64,000 bases of DNA from Eledone cirrhosa (lineage: Eukaryota), in contig OZ024740.1 of the NCBI GenBank assembly GCA_964016885.1, forward strand, positions 231,384,001 through 231,448,000. The letters run 5' to 3'. A program made the position numbers and the translations under genes. Below the pieces are notes generated by a model. The model was given only the letters and a program-made list of their open reading frames with translations, made no database searches and was not told the DNA's origin. Positions 62,184-64,000 of this stretch are shown one piece after another. How positions within the stretch are numbered: the first letter of the stretch is position 1; the number at the start of each line of letters is the position of its first letter.

Positions 62184-63026
62184 CATCTATATATATATAT
62201 ATATATATATGAATATATATGTATATATATATATGAATATACATGCCAAACAACACGACGGTAACATAGACAACATAGAAATTAGAATAATATCTAAACA
62301 TAGAAATGACCCAGCAGTTAGGCAAATCAGAGAGGCCAGTGAAATAGAACTTAGAAGACCAAGGCTGACCAGAAAGAATGAATAGAATAACAACAACACC
62401 CAATCAAACAACACTGACCTAAGAGAAGTATAAATAAATAAATAGTTAAATAAATAAATAAATACATACGCAAGGACAATAACAACAAACACATATAAAC
62501 ACCCACTAGTAAAGAGAGAATACGTTAACCAATACCCAGTCACCCAATAACGAACACACATCAAACAAAACACTATACACACACGCCAACACATGCGCAA
62601 AGAAGACAAAATAAAATAAACAAATAAATAAATTTATAAACAGACTAAATAAAGATGGCGTAGAAAATACAATGCAACGGGAGGAAACAATAGCACCACT
62701 GACGATGTTGCAGATGTGCAACGAAAGAACTTTGATAAACTATATATATGTGTTTGTGTCTATATTGTATCTGTATTATTTTTGACCGTTGGTCAGTCAA
62801 TGGCAACATTGAGGACCGAATAAATTAGATTACCGATATAAAAGACACAGAAGCGAAAACCAACCAAACAGTGAGTGTGTTCTGTTATTAATTCTGGCAA
62901 TATTACACAAATATGACCCTCCCCAAGTATAACAATATTTGTTTCGACACACGATTTCATATCAAAAACCTTGCAAAACTAATTCATCGCCGTTATAATA
63001 TATATATGAATATATATATATATATA

Positions 63027-63076
<50 letters not shown>

Positions 63077-63432
63077 CATATATATATGTGTATATATATA
63101 TATATGTATATATATATATAGGTATATATATATATATATGTATATATATGTATATATGTATATATATATGTATATGTATGTATATGTATATGTATATATA
63201 TATGTATATATGTATATATATATATATATATATGTAGATATATATGTATATATATATATATAGATATGTGTATATATATATATATGTATATATGTATATA
63301 TATATATGTATATATATGTATAAACCAAACAGCAAGTATAACAATATATGTATATATATATATATATGTATATATGTATATATATATAAACATATATGTA
63401 TATATATATGTATATATATATAAATATATATG

Positions 63433-63485
<53 letters not shown>

Positions 63486-63520
63486 GTATATATATATGTA
63501 TATATATATAAATATATATG

Positions 63521-63560
<40 letters not shown>

Positions 63561-63680
63561 TGTATATATATAAATATATATATATATGTATATATATAAA
63601 TATATATGTATATATATATATGTATATATATATATATAAATATATATGTATATATATGTATATATATATAAATATAAATG

Positions 63681-63711
<31 letters not shown>

Positions 63712-63723
63712 GTATATATATAA

Positions 63724-63771
<48 letters not shown>

Positions 63772-63910
63772 CTATATATATATCTATCTGCATTGCTTTA
63801 TTGTACTACAATAAAACTCACCTCCTACATTAAATCTATATATATATATGTATATTTATATATGTATATATATATGTATATATATGTATATATATATATA
63901 AATATAAATG

Positions 63911-63941
<31 letters not shown>

Positions 63942-63960
63942 GTATATATATATATAAATG

Positions 63961-63991
<31 letters not shown>

Positions 63992-64000
63992 GTATATATA

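Overview
AT-rich, repeat-dominated animal genomic DNA. The SINE/RTE repertoire and microsatellite load suggest a coleoid cephalopod (Octopus-like); this is inference. Only one host gene is visible: the last two coding exons of a PQ-loop membrane protein, SLC66A2/PQLC1 (+; 23868-24084 and 30152-30342). Its last exon has an apparent 1-nt excess in an A-run, probably an assembly error. The rest is (i) 5'-truncated RTE-clade LINEs whose RT contains an embedded PHD-type finger and which sit in (TA)n tracts, (ii) a young CR1-type LINE fragment, (iii) R4/Dong-type and other RTE relics, (iv) two tRNA-derived SINE families, (v) a head-to-tail run of non-autonomous Helitron-like elements and several MITEs, and (vi) roughly 25 kb of interrupted (TA)n array around a 200-N gap that looks like an unmerged contig overlap. 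Nearly all Y/I/M/C-rich ORFs in the supplied track are microsatellite artefacts. The least expected signal is a set of type I hammerhead-ribozyme motifs (CTGANGA...GAAA...TH) in short, microsatellite-flanked, often inverted elements. One lies downstream of a recognisable Penelope-like protein remnant, and one forms a 117-bp palindrome that encodes a hammerhead on each strand. All alignments and folds were done by eye; no searches were run.
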